From contig DATLGB010000223.1 in assembly GCA_035540675.1 (NCBI GenBank), positions 4,502 through 68,501 of the forward strand: 64,000 nt of DNA, given 5' to 3'. The position numbers and the translations under genes are program-made. Source of the stretch: Solirubrobacteraceae bacterium. GTDB lineage: Bacteria; Actinomycetota; Thermoleophilia; Solirubrobacterales; Solirubrobacteraceae. Of this stretch, positions 45,347 through 53,622 are shown piece after piece. The stretch's first letter is position 1, and each line of letters starts with the position of its first letter. A model generated the notes under the pieces. That model had not been told where the DNA came from. It did not search any database and was given only the letters and a program-made list of their open reading frames with translations.

Positions 45347-46099
45347 ATGAAGCTCGTCGTGGCCGGCAAGGGCGGCTCGGGGAAGACGTCCATCTCGGGG
45401 ACGCTGGCGCGCCTGCTCGCCCGCTCGGGCCGGCGCGTGCTGGCGATCGACGCCGACTCCAATCCGAACCTGTCGCTGACGCTCGGCATCCCGGCCGACC
45501 GCTTCAACTCGGTGCCCACGCTGCCGCGCGACCTGCTGCAGCGCACGCCGGATGGCGCACGGCTGTCGAAGTCGCTCGACGAGATCCGGTCCTCGCACTC
45601 CCTCGACGGGCCCGACGGCGTCAGCCTGCTCGTCATGGCCCACCCGCAGCACGCGGGCACCGGGTGACTGTGCTCCATGCACGCTACGGTCCGTAGCGTC
45701 ATCGAGGTGTCAGGCGAGGGTCCCGCGGACGTGACGATCCTCGACACGGAAGCGTCGCCGGAGCACCTCTCGCGCGGGACGGCGATGCACGCCGACGCGA
45801 TGCTCGTGGTCGTCGAGCCCTACTTCAAGTCGCTCGAGACGGGCCGGCGGATGGCGGCGCTCGGCACCGACCTCGGGCTGCCGCGCGTCGCGCTCGTGGC
45901 CAACAAGATGCGCGACGAGCGCGACGAGGCCGCCGTGCGCGAGTTCGCCGAGCAGCACGGGCTCGAGGTGGCGGGGACCATCCCCTTCGACGAGGCGATG
46001 CCGGCCGCCGAGCGCGCCGGCGTCTCACCGCTCGACCACGATCCCGGCGCGCCGAGCGTCGCGGCGATCGGCGAGCTCGCCCGGAGCTTCGTGCGATGA
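45347..46099 (+). CDS. CooC/AcsF-like MinD-family Ni-insertion ATPase with in-frame TGA (codon 107) replacing the first Cys of the CxC metal site; probable selenoprotein (alternatively a pseudogene)
   Basis: Tail of track ORF 44828..45667 and ORF 45677..46099 share one frame. Joined: MKLVVAGKGGSGKTS (deviant Walker A)...LLVMAHPQHAGTG-U-LC-SMHATVRSV...ILDTEASPEHLSRGT...VVVEP. 250 aa, typical CooC length. U-x-C aligns with CooC Cys-x-Cys. Confidence 0.7.
45681..45699 (+). promoter_or_regulatory. Candidate bacterial SECIS hairpin (CooC-like gene)
   Basis: UGA-N13-ACGCUAC(G)[GUC](C)GUAGCGU. 7-8 perfect bp, apical GGUCC/GUC loop. Confidence 0.6.
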
Positions 46100-46461
46100 G
46101 CGACCTCGAGCGGCTGAAGATCCTCGACGAGGTCCTGCAGGCGATGTACTGGATGCACGCCGAGGGCATCTCGTCGGTACCGACCGCGGACGAGCTCTCG
46201 CGCTTCCTGGGCGTGCCGTCGGGGACGCTCGCGCCCCACCTGGAGGGCTTCGCCGACGACGGCCTGCTCGAGCGCGAGGCGGGCGGCTACCGCCTCAGCG
46301 CCGAGGGGGAGCAGCGCGGCAAGCGGACGTTCGCCGACGAGTTCGCGGGCCTGACCGGCGCCTCGCACGGCGAGTGCGACGAGAACTGCTGGTGCCACGA
46401 TTCGCCGGAGGCGGCGGCGAGCTGTCTGGAGGAGCGCAGCGGGCATGCCCACCAGCACTGA
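46096..46461 (+). CDS. Small DtxR-like winged-helix protein with Cys/His-rich C-terminal tail (metal sensor or metallochaperone candidate)
   Basis: ATGA-coupled to the CooC-like gene. LQAMYWMHAEGISSVPTADELSRFLGVPSGTLAPHLEGFADDGLLERE... then HGECDENCWCHDSPEAAASCLEERSGHAHQH. Confidence 0.55.
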   Translation: MSDLERLKILDEVLQAMYWMHAEGISSVPTADELSRFLGVPSGTLAPHLEGFADDGLLEREAGGYRLSAEGEQRGKRTFADEFAGLTGASHGECDENCWCHDSPEAAASCLEERSGHAHQH

Positions 46462-46834
46462 GCCGGCGGCGCCGCTGCTGCCGCGCAACTTCCTGCGCCC
46501 GTGCGTCCTGCTGTTGCTGCGCGAATCCCCCGCTCACGGTTACGACCTGCTCGAGCGGCTCGCGGCCTTCGGGTTCGCCAAGCAGGATCCGGGCGGCCTG
46601 TACCGCGCGCTGCGGGCGCTGGAGGACGAGGGCCTCGTGCGCTCCTCGTGGGAGGCGTCCGACCAGGGCCCGGACCGCCGCATCTACGAGATCACGCGCG
46701 CGGGCGCCGAGCACCTGCACGAGCACGCGCTCGCGCTGCAGTCGACCGCCGACGTGCTGCACGCGTTCCTTGGCCGCTACGAGGAGTTCGTCGCGCTGCC
46801 GGAGCGCCCCCGCGCGGCGCGGGCGCTGCGCTGA
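46445..46834 (+). CDS. PadR-family transcriptional regulator
   Basis: LLLLRESPAHGYDLLERL...GGLYRALRALEDEGLVRSSWE...RRIYEITRAG. Confidence 0.85.
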   Translation: MPTSTEPAAPLLPRNFLRPCVLLLLRESPAHGYDLLERLAAFGFAKQDPGGLYRALRALEDEGLVRSSWEASDQGPDRRIYEITRAGAEHLHEHALALQSTADVLHAFLGRYEEFVALPERPRAARALR

Positions 46835-46835
46835 C

Positions 46836-47213
46836 TCAGCGGGCGAGCACCATCCACAGGCCGGTGGCGGCGACGGGCGGTCCCGCGCTGAGGTGCAGGA
46901 GCCCGGTGAGCGCGGGCGCCGTCCCGTCGAGGATCTCCGGCAGCAGGGGGACGTGCGTCGCGGTGATCCACAGGCCGGCGAGCAGCGCGACGGCGGCAGC
47001 CGCCAGCCACGGAGCGCTGCCCGGGCGCCAGCCCGCTCCGAGGACCGCTCCGGCCGCGGCGAGCAGGATCACGCCGGGCACCACGTGATCGACCACCTCG
47101 ACCGTCGGGTCCACGTCGAGCCGGGCGAGGTAGGGGACGGCGATCGCCCACGCCGCCGCGACCACCAGGATCCACGGCTGCGGCCGGCGCGGCGTCTGCG
47201 GGCGTGCGGTCAC
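46836..47213 (-). CDS. Hypothetical membrane protein (4 helices)
   Basis: Track ORF. Hydrophobic throughout. No family recognised. Confidence 0.45.
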   Translation of the reverse strand: MTARPQTPRRPQPWILVVAAAWAIAVPYLARLDVDPTVEVVDHVVPGVILLAAAGAVLGAGWRPGSAPWLAAAAVALLAGLWITATHVPLLPEILDGTAPALTGLLHLSAGPPVAATGLWMVLAR

Positions 47214-47257
47214 GACCGCGGATCATCGCGCAGCACGGCGGCGGCGGCCGCGGCAGG

Positions 47258-48781
47258 ATGCCGCGGGTGACCGCTGAGCCGGGCAGATCGCGTCCCTGGG
47301 CCGGCGGCGCGCTGCTGGCGGCCACCGGCGCGGCGATGCTGGCGGCGGCTCTGCTCGGCGACCCGGCGCCGGTGGCGGTGCCGGCGCAGGCCGATCGCCC
47401 GGTGAGCGCCCGCGCGGGCGACCGGGGCGACATCCGCGCGCACAACTCGCCGACGCTCGCGCGCAACCCCCGCCGGCCGGCCGAGCTCGCGGTCACGAGC
47501 CGGATCGACACGCCTCGCTTCTCGTGCGCGCTGCGCGTGTCGCCCGACGGCGGCCGCTCCTGGCGCAGCACCCGCGTGCCGATCCCGGCGGGCGAGCAGC
47601 GCAAGTGCTACGCGCCCGACGCCGCCTTCGGGCCGGACGGCACGCTGTACATGAGCTACGTCACCCTGCGCGGGATCGGCAACGTCCCGAACGCCGTGTG
47701 GCTCGCGCGCTCGCGCGACGGCGGCCGCACGCTGGAGCCGCCCCGCCGCGTCGCGGGGCCGCTGGCCTTCCAGGTGCGCCTGGCGGTCGACCCGGCCGCC
47801 CCCGGGACGCTGTACGTGACCTGGCTGCAGGCGCGCGAGGTCGGGCCGCTGCGCTTCACCGCGCCCGGCAACCCGATCGTCGCCAGCTCCTCGACCGACG
47901 GCGGGCGCACCTGGTCGCGGCCCGCGCGCGTCAGCAGCGCGGCGCGCGGCCGGGTGCTCGCGGGGACGCCGCGAGTCGGGCGCGACGGCGAGCTGTACGT
48001 CGCGTACCTCGACCTCGGCGACGACCGGCTCGACTACGAGGGCGGGCACGACGCGCTCGGCGGACCGCCCCACCCGGGGCCGTTCACGCTGGTGGTCTCC
48101 CGCTCGCGCGACCGCGGTGCGACGTGGGAGGAGTCGGTGGCCGACGACGCCATCCGGCCGACCCGTCGCTTCGTCGCCTTCCTGCCGCCGTTCCCGGCCC
48201 TGGCGATCGATCGTCGCAGCGGCCGGATCCACGTCGCGTTCGAGGATCGCCGCCACGGCAGCGCCGACGTGCACGTGTGGACGCTGGCGCCGGGAGCGAG
48301 CGACTGGAACGGCCCGGTGCGACTGGACGACGCGCCCGCGATCGACCGCTCCGCGCAGTACCTGCCGCAGCTCGATGTCGCGCCGAGTGGGCGCCTCGAC
48401 GTCGCCTACTACGACCGCCGCGGCGATCCGCGCGGCCGCCGGACGGAGGTCTCGCTGCAGTCCTCCCACGACGACGGCGGGTCGTTCGGCGAGCGGGTCC
48501 GGCTGTCGAGCCGGACCTTCGACGGCGGGATCGGGGCAGGCAGCGAGCGCGGCCTGCCCGACCCCGGCAGCCGCATCGGCCTCATCTCCGGCCCCGCCGA
48601 CGCGATGGCCGCGTGGAGCGACACGCGCGCCGGCACGGAGGCATCGAACAAGCAGGAGATCCGCGCCGCGCGCGTCACCTTCCGCGGCGGGACCCGGCCG
48701 GGCAGCGGCTTGTGGCTTGGCGGCGGCGGGCTGCTGCTGATCGCCGCCGGCGCGCTGCTGGCCGCGCGGTCTCGGCGCTGA
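47258..48781 (+). CDS. BNR/sialidase-like beta-propeller protein, N- and C-terminally anchored (paralog 1)
   Basis: Inner ATG of ORF 47204..48781. BNR Asp-boxes SPDGGRSW, SRDGGRTL, STDGGRTW, SRDRGATW, SHDDGGSF. C-terminal helix plus RSRR. Confidence 0.75.
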   Translation: MPRVTAEPGRSRPWAGGALLAATGAAMLAAALLGDPAPVAVPAQADRPVSARAGDRGDIRAHNSPTLARNPRRPAELAVTSRIDTPRFSCALRVSPDGGRSWRSTRVPIPAGEQRKCYAPDAAFGPDGTLYMSYVTLRGIGNVPNAVWLARSRDGGRTLEPPRRVAGPLAFQVRLAVDPAAPGTLYVTWLQAREVGPLRFTAPGNPIVASSSTDGGRTWSRPARVSSAARGRVLAGTPRVGRDGELYVAYLDLGDDRLDYEGGHDALGGPPHPGPFTLVVSRSRDRGATWEESVADDAIRPTRRFVAFLPPFPALAIDRRSGRIHVAFEDRRHGSADVHVWTLAPGASDWNGPVRLDDAPAIDRSAQYLPQLDVAPSGRLDVAYYDRRGDPRGRRTEVSLQSSHDDGGSFGERVRLSSRTFDGGIGAGSERGLPDPGSRIGLISGPADAMAAWSDTRAGTEASNKQEIRAARVTFRGGTRPGSGLWLGGGGLLLIAAGALLAARSRR

Positions 48782-48859
48782 CCGTCCAGAGGTTCCGACG
48801 GCCGCTTTGCGGTGATACGGTGCGTCAGTACAGGGGTCGCACGGGAGGAGAGGACCGGC

Positions 48860-49423
48860 ATGACCGACAGTCGTCGGAGGTTGATCACTCTGGTGGTCGT
48901 CGCAGCGGTGGCCGTGCCGCTCGCCGTCGCCGCGACAGCGTTCGCGTGCGCGCGGCTCGCGACCTTGAAGCTCGACCGCGCGGGCGGCACGCCGGGTGAC
49001 CGCGTCACCGCCGTCGGGCGCAACTTCAACAGCACGGCATCATCGTCGCCGGTCAGCATCCGCTTCAACAGCCGCAATGGCCGCGTGCTCTGGGAGGGCC
49101 GGCCGGACGCGCAGGGCCGCTTCCGCGGGACGTTCGAGATCCCGCGGGGGCGCGCGGGCCACTACGTGATCCTCGCGACGCAGTCGCTCGCCAACGGCTC
49201 GCCGGCCCCGGGCACCCCGGGCCGCGCGCCGCTGCGGATCCGGCGCGCCGACGCATCGCGCTCGGTCGCCGTCGTGCCGCCCGGCACCGGCGCCGGCCCC
49301 TCCGGGCCGCCCGCCGGCGTCGGCCTGGTCGGGGCGCTGGCGCTCCTGGCCCTGGGCGGTGCCGCCGCCGTCGGCCGCGTGCGCTCGCGCAGCAGCCTCC
49401 GCTCCGTCGCCCAGCCGTCGTAG
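48860..49423 (+). CDS. Secreted Ig-like-domain protein with C-terminal helix and basic tail (paralog A)
   Basis: ATG 48860 preceded by GGGAGGAG. Signal peptide, GDRVTAVGRNF...VSIRFNS..G.VLWEG.PD..GRFRGTFEIP...GHYVILATQ, Pro/Gly linker, TM plus RVRSR. Confidence 0.65.
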   Translation: MTDSRRRLITLVVVAAVAVPLAVAATAFACARLATLKLDRAGGTPGDRVTAVGRNFNSTASSSPVSIRFNSRNGRVLWEGRPDAQGRFRGTFEIPRGRAGHYVILATQSLANGSPAPGTPGRAPLRIRRADASRSVAVVPPGTGAGPSGPPAGVGLVGALALLALGGAAAVGRVRSRSSLRSVAQPS

Positions 49424-49427
49424 CCGG

Positions 49428-51920
49428 ATGAAGCCCATCGCATCGCGCCGCGCCCGCTGCACCCGGGCGGTGGTCGCCGCGCTCGCGGTCGCCGCCGCCG
49501 GCACCGCCGTCCCCTCGGCCGACGCCGCCGTGCGCGTCAGCCCGAACATCCTGATGCTGCCCGACCGCAACCCGGTCCACGGGCGCGACGCGCTCGGCCT
49601 CGCGGTCAACCCGCGCAACCCCCGTCACATCGTCGCCGTCTACGCCGACTGGCACAGCCTCTGGTGCGAGGTGGCCATGACGCGCAACGCCGGCCGCACC
49701 TGGCGCAAGAGCCGCCTGAAGGCGCCCGAGGGATTCGTCTGGCCGCCGTGCACGGTCGGCGGCCACCTCTCCGGACAGCTCGACCAGAGCATCGCCTTCG
49801 GGCGCGGCGGCAACGTTTACACCACCTTCTCGTCTGCCGTCGTGCTGCCGAACGGCGACTTCGCCGGCCAGTCGGCGCTCGTCGCGAAGTCCACGGACGG
49901 CGGACGCAGCTTCGGCACCGGCAGGGTCGTCCTCCGCGGCGGCGAGTCGAGCACCCAGGGGCCGGAGTACATCCTGCCCAAGCTCGCCGTCGACCCCGCA
50001 CGGCGCCGCGGCGGCGAGGACCGCATCTACGTCGTGGCCGGCGAGTCCGAGCAGGACGCGAACCGCGTCGTGCAGGAGCGGACGGTCCTGACCGTCTCGC
50101 GCGACGGCGGCGCGACCTGGTCGCCGCGGCGGGTGGCGAGTCCCGCCGACCAGAACGCGATCGAGCAGTCCCAGCCCGCGATCGGCAAGGGCGGCGTGTT
50201 GCACGTCGCCTGGCGTGAGCGGGGCCGTGGCACGCGCCCGGGCCAGCACCGGCCCGAGGGCGCGGTCGTGGTCGGCACGTCGCGCGACGGCGGCGCGACG
50301 TGGGAGACGGAGAAGGTCGCCGAGGTCCGCGGCTACGTCTACGAGGGCCCACCGACCCCGCCCTTCGCCGCCGGCGGGTCGTTCACCGCGTCGACGTTCC
50401 CGCGGTTGGTCGCCGACCGGCGCCGCGGGCGCGTCTACCTCGTCTACGGCGATGCCGGCGCCCGCGCTCCGGGCTCGGCGAGCGCCTCCGACCACTTCAT
50501 CCACCCGGACATGGACGTCTACTTCCAGCGTTCGGGCGACGGCGGCGATACGTGGTCGCCGCCCCGGCGCATGAACGGCGAGCCCGAGGTCCAGACCGAG
50601 TCGATCACGCAGACGCGCCATCCGAACCTCGCGGTGGCACGCAACGGCCGCGTCGACCTGGCCTGGCACGACCGCCGCCACTGGTACCGCGGTTGCACGC
50701 ACACGCACACGATCTGCGACGAGGCGCGGCTCGGCGACACCTACTACCGCCACTCCGACGACGGCGGGCGCAGCTTCTCGCGGGACCGCCGCGTCACCGA
50801 CCGGTCGATCAACAACGACGTCGGCTTCGACTACCGCTTCGGGACCTACTGGGACTTCGGCCCGTTCGTGGTCCCGCGCGGCCGCGACCGCGCGCTGATC
50901 GGCTGGATGGACTCCCGCCTCGGCAACCCCGACACGGACACGCAGAGCCTGTTCCTGGCCGAGGTCGATCACGACGCTCCGAAGCGCGTGCCGGTGGAGC
51001 GCCTGCGGGCGCGGTCGGCGGACCGCTTCGCCGTCGGCATGTCGCAGCGCACCTTCCCGGGTGGCGGCGAGTCGGTGCTCGCCGGCACGTTCGCCTCGCG
51101 GCCGTTCACGCGCGTCGTGATCGTCAACCGCCGTGACGCGGCCTCCGCGCTCGCCGGCGGCGTGCTGGCGCGCGCGTTCGTCGGGCCGGTGCTGCTGACC
51201 GGCCGGGGCGGGATGTCGCCCGCGACGCGCGCCGAGCTGGCGCGGCTCGCGCCGGTGGGCGCCTTCGTCGTCGGCGGCACGAACGCGGTCTCGGACACCG
51301 TCGTCGCGCAGCTCGCCGCGGCGCGAATCCCCCGCGAGGAGATCCGCCGGCTGGCCGGCGCCGATCGGGCGGCGACGGCGCGACTGATCGCCGAGGCGGC
51401 CGACCGCCGCACGGATGCGCAGCGGCGCGAGGGCCGGGCGGCGTTCGACGCCGCGATCCTGGTCAACCCGAACAGCCGCGACGCCTACGCCGCGTCCGTG
51501 CTGGCCGCGAACCGGCGACTGCCGGTCCTCATGACCGGTCGCGACGAGCTGCCGGCGGCGACCGCCGAGGCGCTGCGCTCGCTCGGCATCACGCGCACGC
51601 TGCTCGTCGGGTCGCGGCGCGAGATCTCGTCGCAGGTCGCCGCGCAGGTGCCGCGCCCGCAGCGCCTGGGCGGGAGCAACGCCTACCGCACCTCGCGTGC
51701 CGTGATCGCGGAGTCCCGACGCCGGCCGGTGCCGGACAACATCGTCTACAGCGTCGACAGCCGGCGCAGCACGTGGGCGGCGCTGCTCGGCGCCACGGCC
51801 GGCCGGGCCGGCGGCGTCCTGCTGCTCACGCAGCGCGGCGGCCACGGACCGCGGCGGGCCGTCGCCCGCATGGACATGAACGACCGCGTCGACCGCATCG
51901 TGGTCGCGCGCCGCAGGTGA
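49428..51920 (+). CDS. BNR/sialidase-like domain fused to three cell-wall-binding (CWB2-type) repeats
   Basis: Inner ATG of ORF 49359..51920. Signal peptide. STDGGRSF, SRDGGATW (x2), SGDGGDTW, SDDGGRSF. C-terminal repeats with ADRFAVG, GADRAATARLIAE, GSNAYRTSRAVIAE. Confidence 0.75.
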   Translation: MKPIASRRARCTRAVVAALAVAAAGTAVPSADAAVRVSPNILMLPDRNPVHGRDALGLAVNPRNPRHIVAVYADWHSLWCEVAMTRNAGRTWRKSRLKAPEGFVWPPCTVGGHLSGQLDQSIAFGRGGNVYTTFSSAVVLPNGDFAGQSALVAKSTDGGRSFGTGRVVLRGGESSTQGPEYILPKLAVDPARRRGGEDRIYVVAGESEQDANRVVQERTVLTVSRDGGATWSPRRVASPADQNAIEQSQPAIGKGGVLHVAWRERGRGTRPGQHRPEGAVVVGTSRDGGATWETEKVAEVRGYVYEGPPTPPFAAGGSFTASTFPRLVADRRRGRVYLVYGDAGARAPGSASASDHFIHPDMDVYFQRSGDGGDTWSPPRRMNGEPEVQTESITQTRHPNLAVARNGRVDLAWHDRRHWYRGCTHTHTICDEARLGDTYYRHSDDGGRSFSRDRRVTDRSINNDVGFDYRFGTYWDFGPFVVPRGRDRALIGWMDSRLGNPDTDTQSLFLAEVDHDAPKRVPVERLRARSADRFAVGMSQRTFPGGGESVLAGTFASRPFTRVVIVNRRDAASALAGGVLARAFVGPVLLTGRGGMSPATRAELARLAPVGAFVVGGTNAVSDTVVAQLAAARIPREEIRRLAGADRAATARLIAEAADRRTDAQRREGRAAFDAAILVNPNSRDAYAASVLAANRRLPVLMTGRDELPAATAEALRSLGITRTLLVGSRREISSQVAAQVPRPQRLGGSNAYRTSRAVIAESRRRPVPDNIVYSVDSRRSTWAALLGATAGRAGGVLLLTQRGGHGPRRAVARMDMNDRVDRIVVARRR

Positions 51921-51942
51921 ACTGACGACCGGAGGTATGCGC

Positions 51943-52791
51943 ATGGTTCGAACTGACAGCCGTCGCGAGCGCAGGACACGGGTGCTGGCCGCCGGTGTGC
52001 TGGCGTGCGGCGCGCTCGGCCTCGCCGCTCCGGCGTACGCCGATCACCCCGGCAGCGCGAGCGGCATGGGCGCCAACTGCCCGATGGGGTCCGACGGGTC
52101 CGGCTCCGCCGGAGCCGGCCCGTCGCCGATGAACCAGTCGAGCGGGAGCGGGCCGCTGTCGATGGCGGGCCGGTCCTCCGGCCTGTCGACCGGCCGCTCG
52201 GGCGGCGCCACGCGCGCACCCGTCGCGCAGGCCGCGCCGGTCGCGCAGCCGGCCGCCGTTCCGGCCCAGGCGGCGACGGGCGCCGCCGCCCAGCCCGCGG
52301 CGGCGACCCAGGGTGCGGGTGTCCTAGCCGCGGTGCGGCCCGACCCCGCCGCGGTCGAGCGCGCGCGGCAGGCGCGCGTGCGCGCCGAGGCACGGCGCCG
52401 GGAGGCGCGACTCGCCGCCACCATCGCCCGCGCCCGCTCGCAGGCGCTCCGCGCCCGCACCGCGGCCGCCGAGCGCTGGCACGCCCCTGCCGCGGGCAGC
52501 ACGCTGCCGGCCGAGCCGGCCGCGGCACCCGCTGCGGCGACGACCGAGGCGCGCGACGTCATGCCGCTCGCCCTGATGGCCCTCGCCCTGCTCGCGCTCG
52601 CCGGCCTCGGCGCCGCCGGGCTGCGCCTGCGCCGGCGCGGCACCGGTGGGGCGCCGGCGATCCGCGTCGAGACGCCGCTCCTCCCGCCGCTGGCGGATCC
52701 GGCGAGCGTCGAGGCGGCGCTGCAGGAGATGCTCGCCGAGGAGCGGGCGGCGCGCCTGCTCGATCGCGGCGAGGTCCTCAGCCGCGACTGA
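51943..52791 (+). CDS. Low-complexity secreted/anchored Ala-Pro-rich protein
   Basis: ATG 51943, 7 nt after GGAGG (track start 51937). Signal peptide ...APAYA, Ala/Gln/Pro-rich region, one internal helix followed by LRLRRRG. Confidence 0.5.
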   Translation: MVRTDSRRERRTRVLAAGVLACGALGLAAPAYADHPGSASGMGANCPMGSDGSGSAGAGPSPMNQSSGSGPLSMAGRSSGLSTGRSGGATRAPVAQAAPVAQPAAVPAQAATGAAAQPAAATQGAGVLAAVRPDPAAVERARQARVRAEARRREARLAATIARARSQALRARTAAAERWHAPAAGSTLPAEPAAAPAAATTEARDVMPLALMALALLALAGLGAAGLRLRRRGTGGAPAIRVETPLLPPLADPASVEAALQEMLAEERAARLLDRGEVLSRD

Positions 52792-52800
52792 CCGATCGCA

Positions 52801-52832
52801 CCGTCCCTGCCCGCCCGTGCGGGCGGGGACGG
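52801..52832. terminator. 14-bp GC-rich hairpin between convergent genes
   Basis: ccgtccctgcccgc-ccgt-gcgggcggggacgg (one G-U). Confidence 0.55.
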
Positions 52833-52845
52833 CCGCCCGCGGCGC

Positions 52846-53622
52846 TCACGCCCGCCGCCGGGTGCCGTACTGCGCCGTCAGGCGCGTCGCGAGCGCCTCG
52901 ATCGCGGCCACGGCGTCCGAGCCCGGCGCATGCTCGATCAGCGGCCGCCCGAGCCGCTCGGCGTCCGCGACCGCCGCGTCCCGCGGCACGACGGCGACCG
53001 CGCGCGTCCCGAGGAAGCGCTCGATCCGCTGCAGGTCCTGCGCGCCTGACACCTTCGAGGCGACCAGGCTCACCGTCGGACCGGGGCGCTGCGACACTAT
53101 CCGTGCCACCCGCCGGGCCGTCAGCAGCGACTGCATGGTCGGCTCGGCCACCAGCAGGAACGTCTTCGCGTACGGCGCCCAGTCGAACGCCACCTGGCGC
53201 GGCCCCGCCGGCAGGTCGCCGACGAACGCCCAGTCGCGCAGGGCGGCTGCGTCGCCGATGCCGTGGACGACGCGCCAGAACGCCTGCACGGCCGGCATGA
53301 ACTCGGCCTGACCGCCGGGGCCCGCCTTGCCCAGCTCCAGCAGGCGCACGCCGTCCGGCGCGTCGTAGGCGAACCGCTGGACCGCGCGAACGGGGCCGAT
53401 CCCGCGCGCGAAGCGCCAGCGACCGTTCTCGCCGCGCTCCGCCGCGACCATCAGCGCGGGCTGCGGCGGCGTCCGGGCCCCGAGCACGAACGCCATGCCC
53501 GGCATCACGTCGGAGTCGAGCGCCAGCACGCGCTCGCCGCGCCGCGCCAGCACGCGAGCCAGCGTGCCGGCGACGACGGACTTCCCGGCCCCGCCCTTGC
53601 CGACGACCGCCACTCGCGTCAT
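52846..53622 (-). CDS. MinD/ParA/CooC-superfamily ATPase lacking the CxC metal motif
   Basis: ATG 53622 (ATGA with the upstream stop). MTRVAVVGKGGAGKSVVAGTLARVLARRGERVLALDSD. C-terminal part of ORF 52846..54897. Confidence 0.7.
   Translation of the reverse strand: MTRVAVVGKGGAGKSVVAGTLARVLARRGERVLALDSDVMPGMAFVLGARTPPQPALMVAAERGENGRWRFARGIGPVRAVQRFAYDAPDGVRLLELGKAGPGGQAEFMPAVQAFWRVVHGIGDAAALRDWAFVGDLPAGPRQVAFDWAPYAKTFLLVAEPTMQSLLTARRVARIVSQRPGPTVSLVASKVSGAQDLQRIERFLGTRAVAVVPRDAAVADAERLGRPLIEHAPGSDAVAAIEALATRLTAQYGTRRRA

Noticed and set aside
49065-51944. 959-aa minus-strand ORF opposite the BNR-CWB2 gene
   Set aside because: It is antisense to a gene with clear Asp-box and CWB2 motifs. Its composition (R/A/G/P) is typical of spurious high-GC ORFs.
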